A stretch of 64,000 nt of DNA from Octopus vulgaris. Lineage: Eukaryota. The DNA lies in NCBI GenBank assembly GCA_951406725.2, contig OX597818.1, positions 18,724,001-18,788,000 of the forward strand, in the 5' to 3' direction. Positions 37,980 through 52,662 of the stretch are shown here, piece by piece. The translations under genes were made by a program, and so were the position numbers. The notes beneath the pieces are model-generated. The model was not told the origin of the DNA. It did not search any database and worked only from the letters and a program-made list of their open reading frames with translations. Within the stretch, counting starts at the first letter, position 1. Every line of letters starts with the position of its first letter.

Positions 37980-39322
37980 TTTACTTTTAATCTGCATGTT
38001 TGTTACAGTCACTTGCTGAGACACACTCGGCGTCCTGGGGTGAGTGAAGAATAAGAATTGTTACAGTATAACTGAAAGCTTGGGGAGGGGAAGTAGTGAA
38101 ATATATTCATGTAATACAGCAAAGACATTTAAATGGATAGGGAATTTCTAAGGATGTGTGCAGTACTTGTTAGTACAATCTTTTGGATTTCTCTGAAACA
38201 TGGTTCTCCTGGGACATTATCTCCATGTTCTGACATAATTTTTTGTTATCATACCTAGAGTGCCTACAGTAACAAGAAAAGTTCTCGCCTTAAGATGCCA
38301 CATCTTTTGTATTTCAAGTTTCAGGTGCATATATTCACTTAGTTTGTCAAATTCCTTCACGGATGTATTTTTATCAGCGGGAACACCTACATCTATTAGT
38401 CTACAAGTATTTTCTTCCCTGTCTTTAATAATTATGTCTGGTCGGTTAGCCTGGATCGTTCTGTCACTGTTGAATGGAAAATCCCGGAGGATAGAGACAT
38501 TTTTACCTTCAACGACTGGCTCAGGATGATGTTCAGACTAGTAAGTAGCAGTGCTGATTTTGTAGTGTCTGCATATTTTCCAATGTAAATACTGTTCTAC
38601 CCTATCGTGGCGATTTTTGTATTCGTTTGGTGTCGGCACAGGACATCCCGAGACAAGATGGTCTACTGTTTAGTCAAATGTGTCGCAGAATCTGCATTTG
38701 GGGTCAGTTTTTTGTGAGCAAGCTTTGATCTTGTGCTGCCAATATGAACGTTCACTCTCTGCTTTCAGTCCTGAACTTCTCAGCCACTGATGGATTGTTG
38801 CTAGATCTACAATCAGCATTTCGAATTCGAAGTATATTCTGTCCATTCAGAGGATTCTGGCCCCACCTGTCCTCAATTTGTTTCTGCCCGTTAATTTTTG
38901 CAGTCTGCTTCATCCGTTTGCTTTTTTAGTGGCAGTGGTTTCAACTATTTCACCATTAACACCAAGTTCCCTTGCAAATTTGCAAGCTTCCTTGACAATA
39001 AAATGTGATCATTTGCTGCTTTCGTTTTTCCTCTGTGCTAGATAAGTACCTGTTCATGGATATTTTAGAGGCCTTATGGCACAGTTCCACCTGCATTATT
39101 CCACTTCCCCCATTACTTCTAGGTTGGTACAGACGATCAACGTCTACTTTCGGGTGGTGCATATTCTTAGAAGTTAGTAGTTTTCTTGTCCTCCCGTCCG
39201 GGCTTTGGAGCTCCGTAAGATTCCAGTTAATGATGTTAAAACTATATTGGACTACTGGAAGTGCCAGGGTGTTAATGGCTTCGATGCGATTTTTAGACGT
39301 GAGTTCAGTTTTTAGTATGAGT
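37980..39322 (-). mobile_element. decayed 5'-truncated R4/Dong element between (TTA)n tracts
   Basis: MHHPKVDVDRLYQPRSNGGSG, CRFC...HLVSGC, RHDRV and RPDIII remnants on the minus strand. Confidence 0.85.
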
Positions 39323-39335
39323 CATTATTATTATA

Positions 39336-39404
<69 letters not shown>

Positions 39405-40689
39405 GTTGTTGTTGTTGTTGTTCTTGTTGTTGTTACTTTTTCCATCATCTACAAGTACGTGTGTACCCACCATTATCTTATTTATTTTAGTTTATTCAAT
39501 TTTAGAAAATTTGAAGCTTGTCTTTGACAATTGCGGAGCACATTGAATTTATTTTGTGCGTGAATTTTCGTATAACCTGTATAGTCAACACTGCATGAAA
39601 AAAAGAGGCATTCCTCTTCAAACGAGAAACAACTTACAAAGTTAGAGCGATGTCCACAATGATATACTAGTCCGACATCTGGAATAATGTTCCTGACGTA
39701 TACATTATAGGCTGCTTCCGATGAAAATCCTCTCTTCTGATTAGAGTGAGGCCATTCACTTAGACATTTCAAACTCTGACTGACATAAATTCTGTCTTTT
39801 TTTTCTCTATCTTTCCTACTACTACTGCAGTAGTTTTTGCTAATGTATTTTACATATATGTTCCCGATGTCCTTTAGCGTTATGTTACCTTCTTCTTTTT
39901 ACCATTGCATGATATGTGATACCCTATCATAAAACATTTACTAGCATCTGGTGGATACTTCGAAACATTATTGTTATATGTGTGATAGAATGATTGTTGC
40001 ATGTGTGATGGGTTATAGTGTTACATGTGTGATAGTGTGGTTTTTATATGCTCTACTAATGTGTTTTGTGTTCCTTATATTCTTATATACTGCCTACAAC
40101 TGATAACTGACCTTTACATATTTTCTATTAAATAATTTATGAAACATATGGCCTGTAGTGGAGTATTTATTAGCGTTCAGTTTCTTCCAAAATATATCGA
40201 CGAAAATACTTTCGCTTTGTTAGACATATTTAGTTATTGGAATAGAATGGCGAAAATAATGCAGCAATAAAATGGTGCGTTATTGATTCTGTCAAAGCTT
40301 ATTATGGAGGTGACAACAAATGAAATGAAAATATAGCGGAAAATTATATCAAACATAATTGTATATTATTCAACAAAAATTAAGATTAGATCTTGAAAAA
40401 CAGATATAAAAGCAAATTTTGTTTTAAGAATCTCAAACCATAATATAACAAGTCAGCAAAATGTACCACGAAGACGTGACAAACATATATGATGAGAGCA
40501 CCAATAATTCTATAGAGTAATTAATATATATCTGAGAGGTTTACATGATACGGAGTTCAGAGCAGTAAGTTAAACTCGATCATGTCATTTATCACACACA
40601 CACACACACACACACACACTCTCTCACACACACGTTAGAACAGCCCATTGCAGGGTTAGTAGAGAAAATCAAACTCAGCATTTATTTTA

Positions 40690-40776
40690 ACTCTGGTACT
40701 TACGCTTATCAGTTTCTTTTACTGAACCACTATGTTATGTCGACGCAAATAAGTCTCCACCTCTTTTCAAGCATAT

Positions 40777-40852
<76 letters not shown>

Positions 40853-40985
40853 TTTCCGCCTGCCAAATTCATTCACGAGGCTTTGGTTGGCCCTGGATTC
40901 TAGTAGAACGTATTTGTCCAAGGTATCATTCAGTGGGGTCGAGCCAGAGAATAAGTGGTTGTTAAATGATCATCTTAACCACGCT
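40690..40985 (-). mobile_element. diverged SINE, family A
   Basis: CAGTTTCCGCCTGCCAAATTCATTCACGAGGCTTTGGTTGGCCC matches family A antisense. Confidence 0.6.
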
Positions 40986-42594
40986 GACTCTCTCGTGCGC
41001 CGTATCTCTCTCTCTCACACACGCACACATACAAACACACGCTCACGCGCACACACACACACACACACACACGCGCACACATACGCACAGATATATGTTT
41101 CGTTTCTAAATCCACTTATTCATTTGTTGTGATGGTTCACGTAAAATCGTGTGTAAATATTTCCATAATCTTTTCAGTCTATGCTTTCGTTCTCATTGTA
41201 TCAATCACAATAAGAAAATACTACAGAACATAAACTAACGGAACACCAATGGAAAATTATGCACATATTACCGATTCCTTTTGACAGTTGCAAATGTTTG
41301 ATCGAATTAAGGAAGCTACTCTTCATTTGTATGGTATTCTGACGCTATCCTAAATATTTTTCAGATATTACACCAGTCCCTAATTAACTCTAAGAATCAG
41401 AATAGTCTGAATAATGTTTTCCGCGGCCTGACGAAGTATGGTCGTCCCGTCACCTTTGAGTACAAGTGCCCACTGGCCTAATGGCACCTCCTTGACTGCC
41501 ACTCTTTTTTTAACACCTCTGATCTTCTAACCAGATCCAGAAAGGTGGTTCTTATCTCCTGTTCTAAGTATTTCTGAAACAAACAATAATGTTACTTCAG
41601 GAACTGGATAGGAGCTAGTTTTTGTTGGGTAAATATACTTTTATGCATATGTTGCTAAACTCATAAGCACTCTTTCTTTTGCTCTCTTTAAAGAAAACGT
41701 TCCATTTCAACTCATTTCGGTATCCATTTGTTTCTAATGTTTTGATATTATTCTAGCAAAACCATTTCTTTCTTGCGATCAATACGAAATTGAGACACAT
41801 GCAAAGCTTGCAATGTAGTATCGTTTACGACGTAGGACCATATTCCGAATGGAATGCAAATCACTCCATTAAACTTGCTTGAACCCCGGGACTCGTGGCA
41901 AAGTTAAGATCATTCCACCCTGAAACTTGAAATCTCAAGAGAATTAAGATTAAGCTATTTTTCACTTCAAATTGAAATACTATATCAAACTTCGATTGGG
42001 ATAATTGCAATATCAATAATGAATCTTAAAATCACCTCAGATTCCTCGACATATCGTTGTTGTTGCTATTGTAGCTGGTGTTACAACTGAAGTGAAGTCC
42101 ATTCTTCCAAATTCTTTATTGGGATACGAATACGCAAATGAGCAAACTTATACTTTCCTTATCTTCACTACTCACTAGGCTTTTTTTTTTCGATTTGTTT
42201 TTTTCGGCAGTTACTAATAGTTGAATCTTCTTTATGTCGATGTTCTTATCGGAGTATTGTAATTGCAACCAGCTGCTGTTTTCTTTCTTTTTCTCTCTTG
42301 CTTTTAGGCAGTATATAATACTATAATTTCTTCATTCCAGCAACCCATATTTGTCGTATGTCATGTAAATGGATCTGATGGCATGTCGTTTCTAACCCTA
42401 CTAAGTTTTCCTTGTCGCTCCTACTTTCGTTTACAACCAAGTCAATACTGATCAAGCGGACCTATCAAGGATATTTGTGTTGTAACCAATTCTGCCTTTC
42501 TAGACTGGCGTATGCTCCATTCATTTGACGAAACATGTGTATGTGTACTGTTGTTGTTGTTCTGCTTGTATTGTTACGCTTCTGAAATGTCACT

Positions 42595-43000
42595 AAAGCT
42601 ATCACCAGCCGCGTGTTAAGAGAATCTCTATGTAGCCTGGTTTCACTGAGCGTAGTAATATCCACACTGCAGCGTCTCAGTTCAGCGACTGTTACAATTG
42701 TTCGACGCTCTGGCCAGTTCATCGTGTTGCTGACCTGAAGCAATGTCCATATATTCCGCATAACAAACCTGATTTGTTTATCGTTTTTGTATTTGTCACC
42801 GCTACTTGGAATGTACTGACAGGTGTGGTTTACTGTAAAAGAATTGAGGTGAGGATACGATGTTTAGGCCTCATTTTCTAGTCACTTCCCAGACTAGAGT
42901 GAAGAATGCGATCCTTGAATAGGACGATTCAGTTGCAGAACAGTGGTAGCTCCCAATCAATTTCCCATCAGCTGTCTCCCAGTGCCACTCAGGTGTAGAG
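42595..43000 (-). mobile_element. RTE-clade LINE 5' fragment (5' UTR plus start of APE endonuclease)
   Basis: NIWTLL...PERRTIVTVAELRRCSVDITTLSETRL matches the RTE WNVRTL..RPERRTA....EL.R..IDIAALSETR motif. Confidence 0.75.
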
Positions 43001-43707
43001 TTCTAGGAGCGTTCAACACATTCAGAATTGCTCCCTTATTATCAGAATAGTAGAAAATAAAAATCAATGGCCCAAGATAAAGGAGAAAATAACTTCTTTA
43101 TAGTGGCGCTGAGTAAAAATACAAGTATTGGCAATTGTGATCCAAGACGGTTGTACATCATCACGGCTGTTACAGGTAATCGGAAGGCTTGTGTGCCAGA
43201 AACCGCCTGAAAACTGAACGCCATAATTTGTTTTTCTCTTGGTGTTTGCTGCCGTGGACTTTGTTTTCTTGCATTCGCACAAAAGGCATCGGGACAGTGA
43301 GGCAGTGACTGATAAAAGTCAGAGCATAGGCGTCAGGTTTGAAATACACTCTCTATTGACCTCTACTACGATATAAACTGCCAAGTTACACTCGGGCTGC
43401 GAGAAAGCCCGAAAAAAAAGCGTTGTTAGGATGTGGCGGTGTAATGGCTGGGAAATCTCATACATGGGCTACTTCCTGCTTCAGCACATGGAGCAGACAA
43501 CGCCAAGGAGCGGTGAGCAAAAGGAATACAAGAAATTCCTCATTGGAAGAATGAAAGCACCATATATGTGTGTGTGTGTGTATGTGAACGTGTATGTGAT
43601 TGTGTGTATATACATATATTTGTAAGGATACACATATACAATTGCATGTATATTTGTGTGTGTATATATATATATATATATAGATAGATAGATAGATAGA
43701 TATAGAT

Positions 43708-43762
<55 letters not shown>

Positions 43763-44749
43763 TATAGATACATACATACATACATACATACATACATACA
43801 TACAGTACATATGGGCACACATATACACACACAAACACACACACACACACTGAGAAACATGTACGTAGTACACAAACTTGCAAAGACATTTACGCACACA
43901 GACACACATATCGGCAGAGAGGAGAGAGAGAGACAAAGAAAGAGAGAGAGAGAGAGACAGACAGACAGAAAGACAGACAGAGAGAAAGAGAGGGAGACAT
44001 GCGAAGAACATTCGTTAATAATTCCAGACAAAACTATCTTTACTCTGATTTGGTCGGCATTGATTTTGGCTGCAAGTTGTTTGTGCAGAGAGTGAGAGAA
44101 TGAGTGAGTGATTGAGTGGTTGAGTGAAGGTGAGATTGAGAAAGAGAGGGAGAGGTAGATCGGTAGCTAAATACATAGATAGACACAGAGTAAGAAGGAG
44201 GGAAAGAAAGAGGGAGAGAGAGAGAGATAAAGAGAGAGAGAGAAAGCGTCCATTTGGTCGAGAACACCTCCCCCTCTGTAATTGAATTAACGTTCGATAT
44301 TCGTCGTTCGTTATGTGGAACCAAGCAAGTCTTGTCTGTTGCCGGGGCCAATGATCACCTGACTGAAGCCAGCCTCTACCTTGACTAAAAATATGTCTGA
44401 ATCAGCAGTGGGTTGCGAATGAATAGTAATATATCTGCTTAATATTTTCAATAGACATTCTACCCGCATCTACCCGATTCTATCCACTTCCATCCACGTC
44501 TGTCCGCTTCTACCTTCGATGTGATTATCAATCGATACTTTTACTCTGAAAGAAATTTAGACTGCTGACATAACAAGTCGTCATTGAACAAGACTGAATT
44601 ACAATTTACTAGTATATATTTCACTCGATTACGTGTCTAAAATTATATTAGCTATAGTTTATTTACGGCGTCTATTTATTTGTCTAATTATTCACCATGT
44701 ATATATGTATGTATGTATATATGTATGTGCATCTCTATAACTGTATATA

Positions 44750-44811
<62 letters not shown>

Positions 44812-44991
44812 GTTATATATTATGTAATAAAAGTATAAATAAATATTATTAGATAATATCGATTTCACTTGTGGTCAGCATACTTGAAAACTACCAACGG
44901 CCTTATATGTATTATGTATGTATTTGAAAATAAACATATACATATACATACACACAAATATTTATATATGTATATATATATATTCACACTC

Positions 44992-45047
<56 letters not shown>

Positions 45048-45098
45048 ATATATGTATGTATATATGTATATATATGTATATATATATATATATATACA

Positions 45099-45164
<66 letters not shown>

Positions 45165-45169
<5 letters not shown>

Positions 45170-45947
45170 TTTCAACAATTGAGGGTAAAATTAATTAATT
45201 TATCAATTTCACCAAGTATTCAGTATGCAAAGGGACCATTTAAGGCGAATTCAAATTATTACATTATATAAAAGGGCTTAGTAAAATAAATTACTTTCCC
45301 GCATACTTTTTTTTTTTTTTTTTTAGCTGCTATTTCTAATGAGTTCAGTATGCGGCAAAGTAATTTATTTTACTAAGCCCTTTTATATAATGTAATAATT
45401 TGAATTCGCCTTAAATGGTCCCTTTGCATACTGAATACTTGGTGAAATTGATAAATTAATTAATTTTACCCTCAATTGTTGAAATTATAATTCATCTCTC
45501 TCTATTTAATGCCTCGGATTTTACCGAAAAAAGCATGTTGTTTGCTGATTTTAACCCACGCTGGTGGAAGGGGGAGAGCAGAAATTCTTCGCTTGCATAT
45601 TTGAATTTGCTGGCACTGTTAGTTTCGAGTAGATCTTCAGAGGCGATGGGAAGCCGAAAAGGTATGCTCCTACTTTCAGTGTTTTCAAATCCAAACCAGG
45701 GAGTTCTGAGCTGATGATAGAAGTGTCGATTTTGACTAATCTTGAAACGTACGTTCTCAAATAACCTTTGCATTTGATTTTTTAATGTTTCTACCCTCAT
45801 ACTTTCGTGAGTTGAATTGAGCAAACATTATATGAGAGAGATTTTCTTTAAGTATTGGAAATAGTTTTAAAAAGTTTTTTTTAGCTGCTATTTCTAATGA
45901 GTTCAGTATGCGGCAAAGTAATTTATTTTACTAAGCCCTTTTATATA

Positions 45948-45949
<2 letters not shown>
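45165..45949 (+). mobile_element. non-coding hammerhead-bearing element: 143-bp inverted copy, 558-bp unit, 67-bp partial direct repeat
   Basis: 45165-45307 is the reverse complement of 45347-45489 (one mismatch seen); 45325-45391 repeats at 45883-45949; (TA)n on both sides. Confidence 0.8.
45707..45759 (+). ncRNA. type I hammerhead ribozyme, canonical core, palindromic stem III
   Basis: UGAG-CUGAUGA-[UAGAAGUGUC GAUUUU GACUAAUCUU]-GAAA-CGUACG-UU-CUCA. Confidence 0.75.
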
Positions 45950-46015
<66 letters not shown>

Positions 46016-46058
46016 ATTTATGCATGTACGCATTTATTTAAATATGTATGTATTTATT

Positions 46059-46157
<99 letters not shown>

Positions 46158-46168
46158 GGAGGATGCAA

Positions 46169-46212
<44 letters not shown>

Positions 46213-46570
46213 GTGTGTATATACATAAATACAGGCACATATACTCATATATACGTATGTATGTATGAATGTATATATATATATATATATATATATGTAC
46301 GTATGTGTGTTGGTACTTGTGTATGTGCATGTGCATGTGCATTACTGTGTGCGTCTCGACAACTGGTGTTGGTTTGTTTCTGTCCCGGTAATCAATTGAT
46401 CTGGCAAAAAGGCCGACATAAGAGCATGACTTGAAAATAGTACTGTCGTTGATTTGATCAAATAAAATTTTCAAAATGATGCTATAACATGGCCGCTATA
46501 CATTGCGTGAAACAACTAAAAAAAGGGAAAGAATAATACACACACCCATATACATATATATTTATGCACA

Positions 46571-46625
<55 letters not shown>

Positions 46626-47749
46626 TGTGTAATTACTATGAGTAATATATGTGTGTGCCACTGTTTGGTCCCCACCAGCGTCTTGTAACCGGTATTGCTT
46701 TGCTTACATCCCCGTTAACTAGCGGTTCGTCAATAAAAGAGCAATAGGATAACTAGCAGACTTTAAAGAGATTGGTAGCAGTGTCGGTTTCTTCGACTAA
46801 TCCATTCAAGACATTGCCCAAGCATGGTCGCTCTCCAATGACTGAAGCAAAGAAAGACAAAGGGAAAGAAAAGATACAAATATGAAAGAACTAATCTCAC
46901 CACAACATGCAATTCACCCTCCATATATATATATATTGTCGTCGCTCAAAATTTGGAATATAGTTGATTGATTGATTGATTCTAGTTCCAGCTTATGAGC
47001 TGTGGCCATGCTGGGGCACCGCCATTTGGTGTTGCTACTTGGTTTCACTTCATGGAGGCTTTCTAGCAACTGCTATTTGGTGCATGAGAGAGTTTCTTTA
47101 TTAGTTCTTTATAGTTCTTTATTAATTTTTAATAACATTAATTATTCTTTGAATAATATTTCATGGGCATTATGTAAAGACTGGTGCTTATCCAACTAAT
47201 ATATTTTCTAAATATGATTGCAGGATAATTTCAGAATACAGGAAACTAAATGCTAAGTCTGTTTCACAAATACATCTATTTGAAAAGGTAATAAATACTT
47301 CAATTAATCCTTGCAATAGATGGACTTCCCTATATGCGCCTCAAATTTGAAAATATTCGGAGCATTTTATACTGACCATATAGGTACATATCTCCAACTC
47401 TGATCACTTGGATTCCCCTTATAGCCAGTCATTACACTCCTGACTTGGACCTCAGGTAAGATATTGAAGTGTAAGTTCAAATTATTTGAGTGCTACAAAG
47501 TGTTTTCTATACTGCGGTTCTCTTGGTCTCATACATATATAAAGATGTATGTATGTCATTATTCAGTTTATTTCAAGATTTCTTGCCAATAGAAAAAGAA
47601 CCGGTTTCTAACCTAGATACAAGGCTCCTTCATTGGAATTTCAACATCAGCAACAGGGTATTTTTGTATGTATGTATGTATGTATGTATGTATGTATGTA
47701 TGTATGTATGTATGTATGTATGTATGTATGTATGTATGTATGTATGTAT

Positions 47750-48987
47750 GCATGTGCAGATTCTCATGCATATAGTTGCATATCTAGACATGCTTATATA
47801 TATTTAAATGATAACATTCCGGAAAGTTTTACAGATTTTTACAGTTCCAGTGATGGATTGGATCTGCAGTCTTCGGATTAACTTTTTCCTTTCTGGTTTT
47901 GAGAAGCCTAATTCTGAAGATTGGTATTTAGGCAGTGTTATATATTCCAGAGCCCCAATAATTACAGGTATAAACCTGAACTTGTAATCTGGATGGAGTA
48001 ACTGCAGATTTCTCAATGGTTAAGCATAGGTGTTCTCTTTTTCACTGTTAATATCCGCTGGACAGCTAATTTCCACAACTGCGCACAGTTTCTCTTCTCT
48101 ATCCTAAATCATCATATCAGATCTGTTGTGCTTACATTTTATTGAGGTCTTCACTGGTACATTCCACCAGTATTACTTTTTATTATGAGTGGCTATGGCT
48201 TCTACCATATTGTGGGTTCTTATTTCTTTGTCCTCTGGATTATGCTTCTGACAGATTTTATTGTAGCGTTTCCTAGCTACAACGCCATGATTCATCATGG
48301 TATAACCATGATGACATTTTCGGACAACTGCTTATGATGTGGGTGATATCTTCAGTGTGAACTCCACAAAGTCTGCATCGGTTATCACACTTTACGGCTT
48401 TTCCTGCATCTCAATCCCTTTTGTGCATCAGGCATTTGATTGATATTTCCTGTTCCTGGATTGCAAACGCAAACCCTTCAAAGTGGGAGGTAGTAATCCG
48501 AATATTTGTTTGTTCCTTCTCGAGCCACGCCTGGTTCATAAGAACCAGTTTCCCGGTTTCCTTGGCGTATAGGTTCCCCACCTGGACGGAACGCCGGTCC
48601 GTCGCAGGTGAGCTGTGAGATGCAGGAGGAAAGAATGAGAGAAAGTTGTGGCGAAAGAGTCAGCAGAAGTTCGCCATTACCTTCCACCGGAGCCGCGTGG
48701 AGCTTAGGTGTTTCGTTCATAAACACACACATCGCCCGGTCTGAGATTCGAATCCGCGATCTCTCGACCGCGAATCCGCTGCTCTAACCACTTGGCCATG
48801 TGCCTCCACAATCCGAATATTGTTCCATGATAAACTGCTTTGATGATCGATGTTACTATCATCACGGAGCTTTCTAGTAACATATCCATGCATAGTCTTC
48901 TGTTCACATAGGCTCATCCTTTCATCTGATATGTTGCGGTAGAGTCATGTGACTTCTTTGGGCATGTTTCACTGCTATATAATCCTG
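47750..48987 (-). mobile_element. decayed R4/Dong-like fragment (same family as 15-350), interrupted by a SINE
   Basis: MHGY..., CRLC...HIISSC, RNLQLLHPDYKFRFIPVIIGAL remnants; 3' end abuts (CATA)n. Confidence 0.8.
48507..48809 (-). mobile_element. tRNA-derived SINE, family C, with 12-bp TSD
   Basis: AATCCGAATATT at 48495-48506 and 48810-48821; A/B boxes; (AAAC)n tail. Confidence 0.9.
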
Positions 48988-49047
<60 letters not shown>

Positions 49048-49143
49048 ACTACTACTACTGCTACTGCTGCCGCCGCCGCCGCCGCCGCTACCACCACCAC
49101 CACCACCGCCGCCGCCGCCGCCACCACCACCACCACCACCACC

Positions 49144-49202
<59 letters not shown>

Positions 49203-49654
49203 AATAATCGTTGTGGTTGTGCCTGCTGTTTACCATAGTCGTATTAGGGGGACAGTGGTCACTTACATGAGCCAGTAATGTAGTTTGGCTGGCAGGCACT
49301 ATAGAACCTGTTGGAAAGTCGCTAACTGCGAATCGACGTGGTGGTCATATATCATTCACGGTTTCGTTTTTGTTTATAGAGTTGGGAAGAAGGTTAATTT
49401 TCGATTTCTTTATAAAGTTACAGTTACTAACCTCCTTTCTATGTTCTACAAATGTTGCTCGTTGGCGTAGTTGCTTCGCAGTAAAAATGATTTAATTCTG
49501 GATAAAGATTGTCCCAATATCATTTCCATCGTTTCATATAACCAGCAGTGGGGTTTTGTTTCACTTTTTCGTAGCAGTTAAATAGATCATTATTCAATTC
49601 ATACCGCCAAGGGAAATAAGCTTTGTATTTACGGCTTTTTCAATACGATTTCTG

Positions 49655-49875
49655 AAGTCACGTTGAGGTTGGAGGACCAAGCTGGGTTCTTCTACAAAAA
49701 CGGTCTCCAAAGCCGCATGAAACGATGGGAGAAATGCGTAACTCTGGGTGGTTCCTATGTAGAAAAAGACTGTAACTCTGGGTGGTTCCTATGTAGAAAA
49801 AGACTGTGCCAAGTTTCGTTGCTCTACTGCTATGGGAAGTGGGTCAGGGGCATTACTTATTGAACGCCCCTCGTA
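49655..49875 (+). mobile_element. mariner transposon 3' end
   Basis: FFYKNGLQSRMKRWEKCVTLGGSYVEK is the mariner transposase C-terminus; ends TTATTGAACGCCCCTCG|TA; 34-bp tandem duplication at 49738-49805. Confidence 0.8.
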
Positions 49876-50087
49876 ACTACAGCTACGAAGAATTTGTTTA
49901 CCTGTTGAGCTGTTGTTTTCGTTCTGTTCTTAGATTGTGTTGTTGTTGATGTGTCCAGATATGTTGTTTGTAGTAACTCTCTGCATGCTAAATTTAAGTT
50001 TCAGTCGAAAATCGCTACAATTGTGAATAAAAGGCTCACTCAGTATCGTGTATCTCTCCGGATGTTTTATTGTCCTCTATTGCGTTG

Positions 50088-50460
50088 TATGCATGCATGT
50101 ATGTATGTATGTATGTATGTATGTATGTATGTATGTATGTATGTATGTATGTATGTATGTATGTATGTATGCATGTATGTATGTATGTATGTATGTATAC
50201 ATACATACATACATACTCTCTCTCCCTCTCCTCCTCCTCTCGCTACCACCCCCTCCTCTCCGCCTCTCCCCTCCTTCTTCTCCTCCTCCTCCTCCTTCTT
50301 CTCCTTCTCCCCTACTTCTCCTCCTCTCCCTCCTCCCTCCTCTCCCCCTCATCTCCTCTCCCCCTCCCCTCTCTTCGCTCCCCCTCTCACTCTCCCCACA
50401 ACCCCCACTCTACCCCAACCCCCACTCTACCCCAACCCCCACTCTACCCCAACCCCCAAA
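50088..50460. repeat. (TATG)n, polypyrimidine tract and three 17-bp CCCCCACTCTACCCCAA units
   Basis: Directly visible. Confidence 0.85.
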
Positions 50461-51859
50461 TTTGAACACAGAGCATTGAGCAGTAGTATCGGTGTTGGCA
50501 TATTAATACCCGGCGCGAATCCTGATGATACATGTAACTCTTTTCCAATATTCAGATAAATTCCAGTCCTCAATGTTGGATAACTTTTTGTCTGTTACAA
50601 CATTAATTTTATGCTCTCCAACACCGTTGATTATTCATGTATACATCCAGCCGCTCTTGAAAAAATGAGGCATACAAATCGTCAGATTTAGCCTGAGCAC
50701 CATGCATTTGTGTAGTGCTGTTTATTCATCACGACTTATTATCAATTTTTAGAACTTCATATCTTTGTTTATAGTTCAAAATACCCATTTGTCAAGAGCA
50801 AATGCGTCCTTGTTCTAAGTTTCTATTTAATTGTAGTCTCATACCAAATGCAAAACAAATGTGGAGATAAATTTTCTCGTGTAAACAAAAGATCCTACAC
50901 GTATTTCGTTAACAACAATAATATCAGTTTTATATGGAAATACATCATATAGAAGTTACGTTATCAGGTTATGAGACTTTGCATAGTAAACTCAAATAAC
51001 CTTTAAATTATATAATGGATTTCGAATAGTGTTATCATATCAATAAGCATAAGTAGTTATGCATGTCGTTGTTTTAAAACTGTTCGATGTCTCTTATGTA
51101 ATGTAAAGGTTATTTACGTTTGCTATGCAATCTCTGATGATGTGATGATGAAATCTGTTTATAAACTATTCTGTATGTAACATTATTATTCATGAAACAC
51201 GTCCACGGTATAGTGAATAAACGTAAATATTTATCTCTCCACATGCGTGTACATACTCGCTCCGAACACCTTTCTTGTATAAACAAAACAATGTAAAACA
51301 ACTAAACCTATAATATAATAATATAAAGGAAAAAAAAAACTAAAAGCCTCAGATCGACTCAAAGTAACATCATCAAGCGAAAAACCACCTCAGCTTCAAT
51401 AAGTTAACATCTCTCCAAAATTACATTTGACCACAACAAAGTAGATATGCGCACACGCACGCACACACACACACACACACAGAAAGATGAATAGAGAAAG
51501 AGAAAGACGGTGAGGGTGACGTATGTATTCCTCATCCCAATACAATGTATTATCAGCAATACTCCACCCATTAATTTTATATGGTATTGTATCCAATCGA
51601 TTGCATAAGCTTCAAATTGTCCATGACAACACCATTTGAACTTCGGTTGCGTTTTTAAATCGTATCATTTCAACGAATCTATTCAACTTATCGACCCTTC
51701 TAAATAATAACAGATTTCACTCGAGGTTTATCTCTGTTTTATACCATCGTTTTTATGTTTATCTTCTATAAAAGGAAATACACAACTGATTATCTCTTAT
51801 GCAACAATACAAATGAAACTAGTGTACACTCATCCCACAGCATGCTCGCACACGCATAA

Positions 51860-51927
<68 letters not shown>

Positions 51928-52298
51928 TCTCTCTCTCTCTCTCTCTCTCACACACACGCACTCTCTTCCTCCCCCTCTCTCTCTCTCTCTTACATACACA
52001 CACACACAAACACACACTCTCTCTGTCTCTCTCTCTCTCCCACACACATACACACACACTAACACAAACTGATTCTGAGCGAATGAGAAAGCCTCTACAT
52101 GGCCGCTCGATCAGCGAGAAATAACAACAAATCCTTGTAGAAATATACGCATTAATATTTAGGAGTATCCTTGAGGCCCAAAAAGTGATATTTGTAATGT
52201 GTTTGTTTGGTGCTTTTGTTTTTTTTTCGTTTTGTTTTGCCTTTTACAAGATATTCTTGTTTTACACCGGAAATTATATAATACTTATTTAGTTGTAT

Positions 52299-52662
52299 CT
52301 CTTTTACTCTTTTACTTGTTTCAGTCATTTGACTGCGGCCATGCTGGAGCACCGCCTTTAATCGAGTAACTCGACCTCGGGACTTATTCTTTTGTAAGCA
52401 CAGTACTTATTCTATCGGTCTCATTTGCCGAACTGCTAAGTAACGGGGACATAAACACACCACCATCGGTTGTCAAGCATTGTTAGGGGAACAAACCTAG
52501 ACACACAAACACACACACGCATACATATATACATATATACAACGGGCTTCTTTCAGTTTCCGTCTACAAAATCCGACACTTGCCCAAGGTGCCACGCAGT
52601 GGGACTGAACCCGTAACCATGTGATTGGTAAACAAGTTACTTACCACACAGCCACTCCTACG
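52299..52662 (-). mobile_element. tRNA-derived SINE, family A
   Basis: Reverse complement of family A with an internal deletion. Confidence 0.85.

Noticed and set aside
41820-42050. Faint REL-endonuclease-like translation (IIDIAI.P...LEIS) on the minus strand
   Set aside because: Too degenerate to support without a profile search
45492-45824. 110-aa minus-strand ORF inside the ribozyme element
   Set aside because: Non-ATG start, no recognisable motif, antisense to the hammerhead
50401-50460. G-quadruplex-capable 17-bp minisatellite, or a CRISPR-like array
   Set aside because: Three spacerless units within low-complexity DNA; no functional evidence and a eukaryotic context
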